Virus record (IMG/VR): IMGVR_UViG_3300030095_001206
Span: 1-64,000 of that record
Direction: 5' to 3' (one strand)
Length of the DNA: 64,000 nucleotides
DNA from: a virus
Taxonomy: Duplodnaviria; Caudoviricetes
The notes beneath the pieces were generated by a model that worked only from the letters and a program-made list of their open reading frames with translations, was not told the origin of the DNA and did no database searches. Below are positions 36,556-47,049 of the stretch, piece by piece (within the stretch, counting starts at the first letter, position 1; each line of letters starts with the position of its first letter). Position numbers and translations under genes: made by a program.

Positions 36556-37995
36556 TTACATAAGGTTCTTAACAGAAACACGTCTGTAGTAACGGTTAGC
36601 ATTAACACGTAGACGGCCAAGTCCCTGAGTAACTCCCTCAGCGAATGGGTTTGAAACCATACCGTAACGAGTCTTAAACCCGATTTTTGGTTGGAATGTG
36701 TTCTCTCCAACTGCACGAACCATCTGTAGAGGAACGTATGGGCAGTAGAACAGACCAGCATCATAAGGAGATGAACCCTTATAACCAACAACATAGTACT
36801 GGTTACCACCTGTTGCGTTAGCAGCAGTTAGGTTAGCAGAATATGGGTCGATGTATACTCTGTACTTACCATTGATTGTACCAGCAAATGTGTTACCAGT
36901 GTCATCAACGTTAAGGTTAGCATTAAGTGCTGGAGTGTAATCAAGTACACCTGCCATTGTTAATGCAGAAGCAACGTCAGCAGAAGTAAGGATGATGTTA
37001 CCCTTTCCACGACGAGTTCTTTGTGCGATTGCGTTAGCATCTCTCTCTATCTGGAACAGAAGTCCTTTGAACTTCTCAACAGACCATCTTCCGTTTGAGT
37101 CGATGTCAAGGTCGAATACACCAGCAGTAGATGTGTTAGAAACAGCACCCTGTTCTGCAACCTTGTAGATTGTTCTAATAACTTCTCTGTTGATTTCCGC
37201 AAGGATCTCAGTAGAAAGGATATTAGCAAGTTCTGCTTCAGCGTTAAGGCCATGAATTGCCTTAAGGTCTTGAGCAAGCTCAAGTGAGTACTCAGCTTTA
37301 AGTGCTCTGGACTTCGCAGTCACAGTAACTTTCTCAATGCTGAACGCCATTTCAGCGAACTGGTTGTTCGTGCCGTTACCTAAGTTCTCGGCATCACCAG
37401 CAACCATACCCTGACCAACGTTATAGTCGGTTGAAGTTGCAGTACCAACTGGGTTTAGTACAGCAGGGTTACTACCATTTTGACTGATAGTACCAATACC
37501 AGCAGGTACATCAGAGAATGCACTGTTGATACCAGCAGATCCATCTCCACCGAAGTCGTTGGAAGACTGACCTGAGAAAGCAGTGTTTGCTTCGTTGTAG
37601 AATGCTTCAGTTCCACTTTGATTAGTGTAACGTGAACGCATTGCGAAGATAAGTCCAGTAGGACCACTCATTGGTTGTACACCAGCAAGGTCGTAAGCGA
37701 CCAAGTTTGGCATAGAGCGTCTGATTAGACTTATTAATACTGGGTCGAAACCAGCAACAGGACCAGCAGCAGCAGAGTTACCGCCGAAGCCGCCTTGATG
37801 GGCAGCAGCGTTTGCTGAGTTTGTTGGTGATTCCATCAAGGATGTACCTTGACTGAATGCTTGCTCCTCTTTGAGGAATTTTTCTTGGTTTTCTAGTAGA
37901 ACTGCGGTTACCGCTTTACGATGTGGATCGGTGATACCACCATCGTGATCCAAAAGGGGCTTCCACTTCTCGACTAGATGTTCTGATTGGAACAT
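36556..37995 (-). CDS. gp23: Major capsid protein (gp23)
   Basis: AVLLENQ, GVQPMSGPTGLIFAMR, YSLELAQDLKAIHG, FYCPYVPL, GFKTRYG. Confidence 0.99.
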   Translation of the reverse strand: MFQSEHLVEKWKPLLDHDGGITDPHRKAVTAVLLENQEKFLKEEQAFSQGTSLMESPTNSANAAAHQGGFGGNSAAAGPVAGFDPVLISLIRRSMPNLVAYDLAGVQPMSGPTGLIFAMRSRYTNQSGTEAFYNEANTAFSGQSSNDFGGDGSAGINSAFSDVPAGIGTISQNGSNPAVLNPVGTATSTDYNVGQGMVAGDAENLGNGTNNQFAEMAFSIEKVTVTAKSRALKAEYSLELAQDLKAIHGLNAEAELANILSTEILAEINREVIRTIYKVAEQGAVSNTSTAGVFDLDIDSNGRWSVEKFKGLLFQIERDANAIAQRTRRGKGNIILTSADVASALTMAGVLDYTPALNANLNVDDTGNTFAGTINGKYRVYIDPYSANLTAANATGGNQYYVVGYKGSSPYDAGLFYCPYVPLQMVRAVGENTFQPKIGFKTRYGMVSNPFAEGVTQGLGRLRVNANRYYRRVSVKNLM

Positions 37996-38030
37996 CTTCT
38001 TTAAGTGTGTAGTTTGATTTAATGTTTAAT

Positions 38031-39119
38031 TCAAGGATTCATCTTGCCTAATGCACTCATGTATTTCTCCATTGTGCCAGAAACTTGCTCGGCAAGTGTT
38101 CCGTCAGTGGCTTCCATCAGTGTATCTGCGGCGGATGATTGAGGTGCAACCTTTTTATCAGAGAAATAAGATTCTCTCAGGGTGGTTAGCTTCTCAGTGT
38201 ACGACTCTTCACTTTCAAACTCAACACCTTCAGCAAGTGTAGCGAGCTTCTCTTTCTGTGTAGCAGCAAGACCTTCAGAAACACCTGAAAGTATTACATC
38301 TGAAGCAGACTCAGAGAGTCTTTTGTTCAGTTCTACATTCTTTTGGAGTTGCTCATTGAGTTTAGTCTCCATGTCATCTAACTTCTCTACCATAGTAGAG
38401 ACAACATCATATTTTTCGTCAGGGATTGATACATAATGATCTTCAAAAAGACTCTTCATTCCACCAAGGAATGATTCAGTCATTTCTGTTTTAAGTCCGT
38501 GCTCAACTGCGAGTTGGTTTTCCTTCAACCACTCTGCAGCAACGTACTCAAGATATGAGTCAGTACGTTCTGTGAGCTCAGCTTTGTGTTCTGCTACTGC
38601 TTCATTAATTGCAGTAGTCTTTTCTTCATCAAGTTTTGACTTGATTTCAGAAACCTTTGAGTTAATGGCAGCTTCAAAGATTGTTTTTGCTTTCTCTCTG
38701 AATTCTTCAGAAAGTTCTTCGCCACCTAATAGAGCATTGACATCATCTTCCATGTCATATGTCTCTACAACTTCTTCTTCAACAGGTGTTTCAGCAACAA
38801 CTTCTTGCTCATCAGTAAGTTCGGCCTCATCGCCTTGCTTAAGATTAGATGCGCTTTGTGCTCCCATTGCTCCTGTTTTACCTTTGCGGTTGGTAACCAC
38901 ATCAGAAACTTGCTTTATAGTTCCACCAGGTGTCTTAACTTTATTAGAGTCGTCGTCTGGTTTAGAATTTTGTGGAGTTGGTCCACCTAAATCCTCCCAA
39001 CTAACGGCAGTTCCGCCAGTAGTGAGTTTAGGCATAGCCTTATCACCAGGATTAGCATTTGCTGTTACGGCATTAGCTTCTGATACCTTTTCCATTTCTT
39101 GTAGTTTGCTACTCGCCAT
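38031..39119 (-). CDS. gp22: Prohead core scaffold protein (gp22)
   Basis: LSEEFREKAKTIFEAA, YLEYVAAEW, acidic; between gp21 and gp23. Confidence 0.92.
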   Translation of the reverse strand: MASSKLQEMEKVSEANAVTANANPGDKAMPKLTTGGTAVSWEDLGGPTPQNSKPDDDSNKVKTPGGTIKQVSDVVTNRKGKTGAMGAQSASNLKQGDEAELTDEQEVVAETPVEEEVVETYDMEDDVNALLGGEELSEEFREKAKTIFEAAINSKVSEIKSKLDEEKTTAINEAVAEHKAELTERTDSYLEYVAAEWLKENQLAVEHGLKTEMTESFLGGMKSLFEDHYVSIPDEKYDVVSTMVEKLDDMETKLNEQLQKNVELNKRLSESASDVILSGVSEGLAATQKEKLATLAEGVEFESEESYTEKLTTLRESYFSDKKVAPQSSAADTLMEATDGTLAEQVSGTMEKYMSALGKMNP

Positions 39120-39156
39120 TGAAGTTTCCTCGAATTACCTTGTTGTAATCTAAATT

Positions 39157-39163
39157 TATTTAT
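39157..39163 (-). promoter_or_regulatory. Late promoter (ATAAATA) for gp22-gp23
   Basis: TAAATA core in the gp21-gp22 intergenic region. Confidence 0.7.
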
Positions 39164-39168
39164 TAAAG

Positions 39169-39819
39169 TTAGAGATTTGATAAGAAATCATTAAACAGAT
39201 TCAACTTGTTCTCATCAAGTTTTTTCTGATCAACTAAAGTGTTGATGGTCTTGTATGTTTTGTGAGCCATTCTTTCACGAAGAATTCCTCCATCCCATAC
39301 CCAATCTTTTCCTTCCATGATTCCTTCAACAAAGGCATCTGGGGCAGAAGGATCGGCAACTATGTCAGCAGCAGTTGCTAACATAAAGTCGTCTCCTACG
39401 ACATTAATACCCTCACGTGTTGCTTTAAGAGATCCAATACCTCTTGAAGAAACACCGAGTTTTACTCCTTCCTCTACTAAGTTAGCAGCAATCTTACCCA
39501 TTGGAGTGCCAAGAATCTTAGCCTTACCAATGTAGTTAGAACCACTTTCCTTTAGAGAAACTATCTTATGTGAAACTCTATCGAGATTCACGGTTGGTCC
39601 TTCTGGATGTCCAAGTTCACCGAGAGCACGTCCTGATTGGATATGATTCTCGTTGTATCGAGAAACTTCTTTGCGAAGAACCTCTGCAGGATACATCCTA
39701 CCATTACGATTAGTAATGTTTCCTTGTAAGAAAACACCCTCGATATACATAGACTTCTTGCCGTTCTTTTGTTCGACTAGAAATTCTACTGATTCAATTT
39801 CTTCCGTAATGAGTTTCAT
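39169..39819 (-). CDS. gp21: Prohead protease (gp21)
   Basis: MKLITE, NRNGRMYP, GELGHP, GVSSRGIGS, DPSAPDAFV. Confidence 0.96.
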   Translation of the reverse strand: MKLITEEIESVEFLVEQKNGKKSMYIEGVFLQGNITNRNGRMYPAEVLRKEVSRYNENHIQSGRALGELGHPEGPTVNLDRVSHKIVSLKESGSNYIGKAKILGTPMGKIAANLVEEGVKLGVSSRGIGSLKATREGINVVGDDFMLATAADIVADPSAPDAFVEGIMEGKDWVWDGGILRERMAHKTYKTINTLVDQKKLDENKLNLFNDFLSNL

Positions 39820-40418
39820 TATGCGTCACCGCTTACTTGAACTTGTTGTGCATATAATGTACCAGTACTGCTATCAGTTCTAGCAGCAACCTTAAAGGAT
39901 TTTCTCAATGTACCATCATTACCAGCACCTGAATCAGAGTCGGCCCATGTGCCACTCCAACCATTTGATGAATAATCAACAACTACATTTACACTTTGTG
40001 CATTGTCACCAGTAGAACTACTGAATGATGGATAGTTAATTGATTGAATTGGATGATGTTCAAACGACCAACCAGAAAGGTTGCTTGATAATGAAACAGT
40101 ATCTCCAACTTCAAATGGAGCACCAATTACACCCTGTGGGAAAAATATAGTTGTAACCCCACTTGCTGCAGGACTCTTTATCACATTAACCACTCTTTGA
40201 GAACTTGGTTGCCCTATGTTAATTAAGGCAGTTCCTCCCGCAGGTACATAATAATTTGCTTCAGTTGATACTGGTGTTGAACCATATCCAACATGAGCAC
40301 CTTGTGTTAAAGCTACTACTCTCAAAGTATCACTCTTTTGATCAAATTGAATTGATTGAGCACTGGTAGTGCCTGTTGCAAAAGATGTACTATTACCGAC
40401 TGGTTGATGTGCAGCCAT
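39819..40418 (-). CDS. Probable virion structural protein
   Basis: Ser/Thr/Gly-rich beta-type sequence in the head operon. Confidence 0.75.
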   Translation of the reverse strand: MAAHQPVGNSTSFATGTTSAQSIQFDQKSDTLRVVALTQGAHVGYGSTPVSTEANYYVPAGGTALINIGQPSSQRVVNVIKSPAASGVTTIFFPQGVIGAPFEVGDTVSLSSNLSGWSFEHHPIQSINYPSFSSSTGDNAQSVNVVVDYSSNGWSGTWADSDSGAGNDGTLRKSFKVAARTDSSTGTLYAQQVQVSGDA

Positions 40419-40660
40419 TACTCTTCTTCCTCAGTTGTTTCTGGTTCTGTTGCGTCTGCAACTGGTTGATCATCTACTTCAACTTCACCTTCTACTTCAG
40501 GGATCTGATCTCCAAAGAGACTATTTGCAATTTCAGGCTTTAAGTTATCAACTTTATCAGCCGTCTTTGCATATAGAAGATCCTTAATAGCATCACTCAC
40601 CTTTGAAGGCGAATCATTTGCCACAATAGCATCCATTAAATCGTCCATACTAATGGTCAT
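40418..40660 (-). CDS. Small acidic prohead core protein (gp67/68-like position)
   Basis: Directly after portal; very acidic C-terminus. Confidence 0.72.
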   Translation of the reverse strand: MTISMDDLMDAIVANDSPSKVSDAIKDLLYAKTADKVDNLKPEIANSLFGDQIPEVEGEVEVDDQPVADATEPETTEEEE

Positions 40661-40676
40661 AACATTTCCTATAGGT

Positions 40677-40684
40677 TATTTATA
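40677..40684 (-). promoter_or_regulatory. Perfect T4 late promoter TATAAATA
   Basis: Exact consensus at the gp20 stop, upstream of ATG 40660. Confidence 0.8.
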
Positions 40685-42386
40685 TCTCTCCGCCCTTAGG
40701 TAATTTTGTCATACCTGCATCTTTCGCTCCTTCGAGGTTTGGTTCCATAATTGGAGCACCTAAATCACCACCGCCAGCAGCTGCTTCTTCTCCTACACCT
40801 GGAGCCATACCATTAAATCCATCAACTGCCATTGCTGCTTCTGCTGGATCTTGAATTACTCCTTCTGCAATTTCTTTTTCAATGAGTTCATCTTGTTCTA
40901 AGATATCCTCATCAGATTGGCGAAGAACAGTACGACGTACCCAATCTTGAGAGTAGTACTTACCAATGTAAGGTTCTGCTTCCATAGCAAGAGAGAATCT
41001 TTCTCTTTGCAACTCAGCATCTTTGAGTTCTGAGAAATGATTATCATATACAAAGTCAAACTGAATGTTTTCAGCCATGACATCCCAGTCTTCTGGGGTG
41101 CAAATATTCTTAAGAAGACATTGAGTTCTTAGAATATCTAAGAATAGATTACTAAATCTCTTACGCAATCTACCAACAAACTTGGTAAACTTAAGTTCAT
41201 CTCTTAAGATTTCAGAGGATCTACCTAAGTTAAATCCACCATCTCCTTCAATTCTGGAGATAGGAACATTAAGTGACTTATAAAGTTTCTTCTTAAAGTA
41301 TTCAATATCTGTAATCTCTCCAAGGTTTTGTCCACCTGGTAATGTAGATATTTCAGTACCTCTTCCACCTTCACGTCTAGGTAACCAGAAGTCCTCCATC
41401 ATAGACATGAACTTCTTGTCATCACGGATTTCTCCAGTGTTTGCATCGTAAACTAACTTGTTACGATACCTCATCATGACATCACGAAGGTATTGTTCAG
41501 CCTTCATCTTAGGAAGGTTACCAACATCAATGTAGAATATTCTTCTTTCTGGAGCACGAGACAAGCGATAGATCACTAGACTATCCTCAATCATTCTAAG
41601 TTGATTGAGTGATTTAATTGCCTTATGAAGGTATGAAAGAACAGAACCTTTGTTTCTGTCTACAAGACCTGAAGTACAATATGCAATAGAGTCTTTCGAG
41701 AAACGGACACCTTTAGTGTCTGTAAGGTTACTAGATGGGTTTAAAGCACCACCAGTAGTATCTTTAGTACTATAGATGAAGTATTCTTCTATCTCTGGGA
41801 ATGCTTGATGAATACTATTAACTTCTTTTTGACTTTGAATAGCAGCTATTCTACCTGCTTCACCTGCTTTATCCTTAACAGCATGACGCACAAAACGCAT
41901 TTTCATTGCGTCAATATAACGCAATTCTTGTATTCCTTCTTGAGGTTTCTTTAAATCAATTACTTTATGATAATATAATCTACCATCTACATACCAGTTA
42001 CGGTATATTTCATGTGATTTTTTATCAAAATCTAAAAGTTCTTTGACAAATTTAAATTCTTCTCTAATCTTTTTCTTAATACCATCACTGGCATTTAACT
42101 TTGAAAGTTCAATCTCTACAGGACTTTGATTTGTATCAGATACGATAGATTCTTGTATAACATCTTCTACTGCACCATCCACTTCTGGATGTAATGCCAT
42201 CTCTCTATATCTACGAATTAATTGAAATTCGTTTTTAAATACACCTTCTAAGTCAACATAGTTGCCAAAAAACCCCGAAGTCATATAATGATCACTTTGA
42301 TCCTCGTTGGAATCGGGGACTGGTGATACTACTGACTTCGGAGTTTCTTCATTATTCTCTATTGAGAATCCAAATAATTTAGCCAT
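40680..42386 (-). CDS. gp20: Portal protein (gp20)
   Basis: WYVDGRLYYH, LRMIEDSLVIYR, APERRIFYIDVGN, FWLPRREGGRGTEI. Confidence 0.98.
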   Translation of the reverse strand: MAKLFGFSIENNEETPKSVVSPVPDSNEDQSDHYMTSGFFGNYVDLEGVFKNEFQLIRRYREMALHPEVDGAVEDVIQESIVSDTNQSPVEIELSKLNASDGIKKKIREEFKFVKELLDFDKKSHEIYRNWYVDGRLYYHKVIDLKKPQEGIQELRYIDAMKMRFVRHAVKDKAGEAGRIAAIQSQKEVNSIHQAFPEIEEYFIYSTKDTTGGALNPSSNLTDTKGVRFSKDSIAYCTSGLVDRNKGSVLSYLHKAIKSLNQLRMIEDSLVIYRLSRAPERRIFYIDVGNLPKMKAEQYLRDVMMRYRNKLVYDANTGEIRDDKKFMSMMEDFWLPRREGGRGTEISTLPGGQNLGEITDIEYFKKKLYKSLNVPISRIEGDGGFNLGRSSEILRDELKFTKFVGRLRKRFSNLFLDILRTQCLLKNICTPEDWDVMAENIQFDFVYDNHFSELKDAELQRERFSLAMEAEPYIGKYYSQDWVRRTVLRQSDEDILEQDELIEKEIAEGVIQDPAEAAMAVDGFNGMAPGVGEEAAAGGGDLGAPIMEPNLEGAKDAGMTKLPKGGEI

Positions 42387-42416
42387 TTATACTATGGTGG
42401 ACTATACCGTTCATAG

Positions 42417-42423
42417 TATTTAG
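42417..42423 (-). promoter_or_regulatory. Late promoter (CTAAATA) for gp20
   Basis: TAAATA core in the gp19-gp20 intergenic region. Confidence 0.65.
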
Positions 42424-42436
42424 TATAGCACAAATA

Positions 42437-43081
42437 TTACCTTATGTCTGCTGCTTCTGCTGATCCAAATGACTCAAAGTATTGAACTTGGAATTCAACA
42501 GTAAAGTCTTCGATGCTGTCACCTGTATCATAAGATAATGCTATCTCAGAAATGTTAGTTGGGAAGATATCAAGGAACTTGTATGCTCTCAATACATTTG
42601 CTGATTCTGTAGGGCCTGCTCCACTTATGTCATTAGAAGGAGCTTCGGATGCAATAGTTGCTCCTCTACCCAACTGATAAACAAATGCATCTTGCATATA
42701 AGAAGTAGGTGCAGTTGCTCCAGTGTTGTTATCCAACTTGGAGATTCCGTTCATCCATCCTTCAAAAGCAGTTCTAAGACGGAAATCTTCGTCGTTGATA
42801 ACTGTGATTGTCCAAGGATCGAAAGTTCTGTCTCCAGCAACTTTTAAAATACGACCTCTGAAAGGAACGTCTATTGGTGCGACGTTGGATGCAGGAAGGT
42901 TAGCAGCCTTACACATGAAGCGTAGGTTGCTCTTGTCATCATTGTTGTAAGATGCAGCGACATAATCTGGGAAGTTAGGAATTGCTACTTCAAACAGATT
43001 AGGACGTGCTCCACCACCTCTCAGTTTACTTTTAAACTGAGAGATATTTCTTACTGATGGGGGGTTTGGTGCGGTTGCCAT
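42437..43081 (-). CDS. gp19: Tail tube protein (gp19)
   Basis: GGARPNLFEV, VPFRGRILKVAGDRTF, FTVEFQVQY. Confidence 0.95.
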   Translation of the reverse strand: MATAPNPPSVRNISQFKSKLRGGGARPNLFEVAIPNFPDYVAASYNNDDKSNLRFMCKAANLPASNVAPIDVPFRGRILKVAGDRTFDPWTITVINDEDFRLRTAFEGWMNGISKLDNNTGATAPTSYMQDAFVYQLGRGATIASEAPSNDISGAGPTESANVLRAYKFLDIFPTNISEIALSYDTGDSIEDFTVEFQVQYFESFGSAEAADIR

Positions 43082-43098
43082 TTACATTTGCTCCTTAA

Positions 43099-45294
43099 TT
43101 ATACTCTACCAGCAACTTCTTCAAAACTAACACCTGTGCGAGTAGCAACAAAGGTTAGTGAAACGAAGTTGATAGATTTGCTAGGCTTGAGGAAGATGTC
43201 TGCACGGAATTCATTGTTATCGATGACATCTGGTGTGTTGTTTGTCTCGTCGCAAATTACTAGGAAGTCATAAAGACCACGCTTGCTTTGTACGTCACGT
43301 AGATATGGTTCTACGATGTTAACAAAGTTAGCACGAGTAATTTCGTCGTTGAACTCAAAGAGTTGAGCTTGTGCAGCTCTCTCCAGTGCCTGTTCGACTG
43401 TAAGGAACAATCTTCTAACGTTAATTCTGTCAAACGCTGAGGCATAACCTAAGGCAGTCTTGTCTCCGAAGAGCATGATGCCGATACCAGGACGGAATAT
43501 AATCGGGTTAATCCGCTTGGTGTACAGAGAATCTCTCTGTGCTTGAGTTGGGTTGTAAGCCAACTTAGTAGCGTTGTTAAGAACACCACGCTGCTGTCCA
43601 GCAGGAGAGAACCAAGGATAGAACTCTCTGTTAGTTCTAACCATGAGTCCAGCAATGTCTCCGTTACATGGAACCCAACGGAATTCATTGTTGAATCTAT
43701 CAAACATATACTTATAACCACTGTCTATGATTAGATATGAAGATGAATTTGCTCCATCTAAAGTGGCAATAACGTTTGATGTTTGTGTTGCAGCGTTGGT
43801 GATGTTAACAACGTCTCCACGTTGAGGACCAGCAACAGCAACGCAATCTTTTCTTGTTTCGGCAATGTCTGCCAACTTGTTAATCTTGGCCTGTGATTCT
43901 GCTCTAGTATCACAACCAGGACCACCAATTAAGTAGTCAACAGCAATCTCGTCTTTGGTTTGGAACTTATTGTAAGAAGTAATCAAAGCACCGAGTGTTG
44001 CCTTAAATCCATTTGCAGCAGTGTAATCATTACCACCTTTAAGTGCATAAGTGGTAGCACCAATACCTGCAAAGTATGACACATCTCCAGCATTCTGTCC
44101 CCACTGTGCATCAGCATTACTGATAGTAGAGAATTCAGTTCCACCAAATCCAGTGTTAACGGGACCAGTGAGACGCATTGCGTCAAATGCTATAGATGGA
44201 TTGTATCCTGCATATGTCTTCTCAGAGAAGTCTGCAAGATAAGACTTGTACCAGATCTTTTGTCCAGCATTTCCTGATGACTCACAGTCAACAGCCTTAG
44301 AGAGAGAAATATGCTTCTCAAGGATGTTACCTTTAATTCCAGTTATATTTCCAGTATCATCAACAACAACTACATGTAAAGCATCATTGTAAGCACCTCT
44401 TTCTGTAGCATACTGATTAGTTACTGGTTTCTGTGCGATTGACTTCCAGTAAACAGTTGCATTGTCTAACTGTAGAGTCTGAGCATCATACCAATCAGCA
44501 ACTGCAGTAGGAGTTAATGCAGCACTACCAACTGTACCAGCAGGAAGGTTAGTGAATAAACCATCTGAAGTACCAAATGCGTAGATACCACCTTCAGTGT
44601 AACTAACTTTAGTTTCAGTTGAACCACCACCAACTGTTTCTACACGAGAAACAATCTTAACATCAACAGTTGACTTACCACCAACAGCATCAGTAGAAAC
44701 ACCAGTAACAATACCTTTGAGGAATCCTACAAAACTTGAAGTAGTTCCTGCACCAGGTAGAACTGTGCTTAAAGGAGCAGTTATACCATAACCAACAGTT
44801 ACACCAGAACCAGCAAGACTAGTAGAGGTAAAAGTAAGTGTTTGATCAGCAAAGTCATCAACGAAGCAGACTTTTAGATCCTTACCCCAAGTACCAGGGT
44901 TCTTAGCGGCGTAATAGAAATCGGTAGCAGAAGTGTAGTTAGACTGATAATCGTCGTAACTCTTAATCTTCAGGGTTGTTGTATTAGCAATACCAACACC
45001 AGCGTTAGCATTCTTGAGGTCATCATCGTCAGTTCTGGCAACCTTAAGGATACCACCGTATGAGAGGAATGACGCTGCACTCATCCAATACTCGTACTGA
45101 CTATCGGTGCTCAATGGCTTTCCGAATGTGTTGATTAAATCCTGTTCTGTTTCCACAGTGATTGGATCATCAACAGGTCCAATTTCAAAAGGGCCTGCGA
45201 TTGCACCGATATTATCGAGTACATTATCCGCCCTTCCTACTGTTAGATCTACTTCCCTGATTAATACACCAGGTGATACTAACTGAATAGCCAT
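43099..45294 (-). CDS. gp18: Tail sheath protein (gp18)
   Basis: SPGVLIREVD, PWFSPAG, DRINVRRLF, FVATRTG. Confidence 0.97.
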   Translation of the reverse strand: MAIQLVSPGVLIREVDLTVGRADNVLDNIGAIAGPFEIGPVDDPITVETEQDLINTFGKPLSTDSQYEYWMSAASFLSYGGILKVARTDDDDLKNANAGVGIANTTTLKIKSYDDYQSNYTSATDFYYAAKNPGTWGKDLKVCFVDDFADQTLTFTSTSLAGSGVTVGYGITAPLSTVLPGAGTTSSFVGFLKGIVTGVSTDAVGGKSTVDVKIVSRVETVGGGSTETKVSYTEGGIYAFGTSDGLFTNLPAGTVGSAALTPTAVADWYDAQTLQLDNATVYWKSIAQKPVTNQYATERGAYNDALHVVVVDDTGNITGIKGNILEKHISLSKAVDCESSGNAGQKIWYKSYLADFSEKTYAGYNPSIAFDAMRLTGPVNTGFGGTEFSTISNADAQWGQNAGDVSYFAGIGATTYALKGGNDYTAANGFKATLGALITSYNKFQTKDEIAVDYLIGGPGCDTRAESQAKINKLADIAETRKDCVAVAGPQRGDVVNITNAATQTSNVIATLDGANSSSYLIIDSGYKYMFDRFNNEFRWVPCNGDIAGLMVRTNREFYPWFSPAGQQRGVLNNATKLAYNPTQAQRDSLYTKRINPIIFRPGIGIMLFGDKTALGYASAFDRINVRRLFLTVEQALERAAQAQLFEFNDEITRANFVNIVEPYLRDVQSKRGLYDFLVICDETNNTPDVIDNNEFRADIFLKPSKSINFVSLTFVATRTGVSFEEVAGRV

Positions 45295-45332
45295 GCTTGC
45301 GTCCCTCTAAGAGTTCCCAATTTCCTACAAAT

Positions 45333-45339
45333 TATTTAT
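45333..45339 (-). promoter_or_regulatory. Late promoter (ATAAATA) for gp18
   Basis: TAAATA core in the gp17-gp18 intergenic region. Confidence 0.7.
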
Positions 45340-45376
45340 TGAAAGATACATTTTCAGAGGGGAAACCGTGCGTGAA

Positions 45377-47047
45377 CTATGAACGATACTCCCACATATA
45401 ACTCATATCACCATAAGTTGACTGTACATCATCCCTATCTGTCTTGGTCCATCTTTGTCCATCATCATCAACAATATAGTCATCTTCCAATCCATCAAGC
45501 ATGAAACCAAATGGAGCCATGTCTTGTTCTATTTGATTTTTATTATCTTCATACAATCTTTTACGAACATCTTGATCAGTTAACTCTTTAAAGTAATCCT
45601 GTGCTACCAACCATGCATATATTACAAGACACATTGCTAAGTCATCATTACAACCATCATCTGCCTCAAATGAATTACTCTTTGAAATAAATGTAGTTAA
45701 TTCTGATATAATCTCATAATCATTAAATAAAACTTTATCAGCCTCAATCATTGTCTTCAAATTTAATGCACCAACCTTCTTAACAGTCTTGGACATCTTA
45801 ACTCCAAGTTGTACCTTAGTACCAGAGAATCCTTGTCCTATAACCTGTCCTGCTCTTCCTCTCATAGATGACATAAGAAGATTAGGATATTCAAAATCAT
45901 AGTTAAGAATAGATGCAACCTGATCTCCAATATCATTTACTTCTACTAGTATAAAGGCATCATTGTATCCTTTACAAGTTTCGTGTATAATATTAGGAAA
46001 TAACATAGGTTTAATTTCATTATTCCTATACTTTGCTACAACTCTATGGGGGAATTCTGTTATATCAACAATTATAAATGTAGAATAATCCTCTCCCACA
46101 CCACGAGCAACGTCTACTGTACAAACATAATCATGTTTCTCAATAGGTTGTTCATATAAATCTAATCCTTCATTAGACATTTTTGGTTTATCATAAACCA
46201 AAGATTTTAATTTTGCTGGTGATATTAAGGTATCAACAGAACCTAAGAAATTACATTCAAACTCAACTTTGAATTGTGACTCTGAAGTATTAGCAATCGT
46301 TTGTGCTCTCCAAGCCTCATCTCTACCAGGAACTTCACTCCAATGGACTACAGTAGGTACATATTCATTATCTCCGTTCTCAGCATCGTGCCACATGCGA
46401 TAGAAGTGGTTCATACCCTTGGGGGTAGAGACGATGATAATCTTAGTTGATTTACCAGATGAAATTGTAGGATATACTGAACTAAAGAAGTCGTCAGCAA
46501 TATGATTAGGAACGAACGCAAATTCGTCTAGGAATATGATGTTAAAGGTCATACCCCGAACTGCAGCAGCAGATGTAGATGCTGCCATAATCTTGGAACC
46601 GTTCTCCAGTTCTAAACTACCTTTGTTCCATACAAGAATACCCTGTTGCATCCATTTGGGTAAGTTCTCATAAGCAGTCTGGAGTCTTGCTAACAAGTCT
46701 CTGGCAGTTGCTGCTTTGTTTGCAAGAATACCAATATTAACATTATCATTAAAGATAGCATAATGAAGTAGATAAGATACAGACGTAGTAGACTTACCAG
46801 TCTGTCTAGGCATCATGCATATATTAAATCTATTATCATGAAATCTTTCTATTAATTTCTCTTGGAATGGCCACATATCAAAGCCAACCAATCCTTCATC
46901 AACGTTTACAATCTTAATGTATTGACGAGCAAAATAAACAGGATCAAGTTTACATTTAATAAACTCTTGAACCTGATCATGACTAAATTCAATCTCAGTA
47001 TTTGCTTTCTTGAGATTGGGATTACCAAGGTATATTTCTTGAGGCAT
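45377..47047 (-). CDS. gp17: Terminase large subunit (gp17)
   Basis: PRQTGKST, FLDEFAF, IVSTP, DVARG, DDLAM; no intein-sized insert. Confidence 0.97.
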   Translation of the reverse strand: MPQEIYLGNPNLKKANTEIEFSHDQVQEFIKCKLDPVYFARQYIKIVNVDEGLVGFDMWPFQEKLIERFHDNRFNICMMPRQTGKSTTSVSYLLHYAIFNDNVNIGILANKAATARDLLARLQTAYENLPKWMQQGILVWNKGSLELENGSKIMAASTSAAAVRGMTFNIIFLDEFAFVPNHIADDFFSSVYPTISSGKSTKIIIVSTPKGMNHFYRMWHDAENGDNEYVPTVVHWSEVPGRDEAWRAQTIANTSESQFKVEFECNFLGSVDTLISPAKLKSLVYDKPKMSNEGLDLYEQPIEKHDYVCTVDVARGVGEDYSTFIIVDITEFPHRVVAKYRNNEIKPMLFPNIIHETCKGYNDAFILVEVNDIGDQVASILNYDFEYPNLLMSSMRGRAGQVIGQGFSGTKVQLGVKMSKTVKKVGALNLKTMIEADKVLFNDYEIISELTTFISKSNSFEADDGCNDDLAMCLVIYAWLVAQDYFKELTDQDVRKRLYEDNKNQIEQDMAPFGFMLDGLEDDYIVDDDGQRWTKTDRDDVQSTYGDMSYMWEYRS

Positions 47048-47049
47048 AA

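Noticed and set aside
36471-45378. 10-nt complementarity between the gp17 3' end (AGTTCACGCA) and the gp3 leader (TGCGTGAACT)
   Set aside because: A single 10-mer match among all intergenic positions is expected by chance; no further pairing
43-47047. Introns or inteins in nrdA, gp43, gp41, gp17, gp20 or gp23
   Set aside because: All are uninterrupted and of ordinary length; no intein or homing-endonuclease motifs seen inside them
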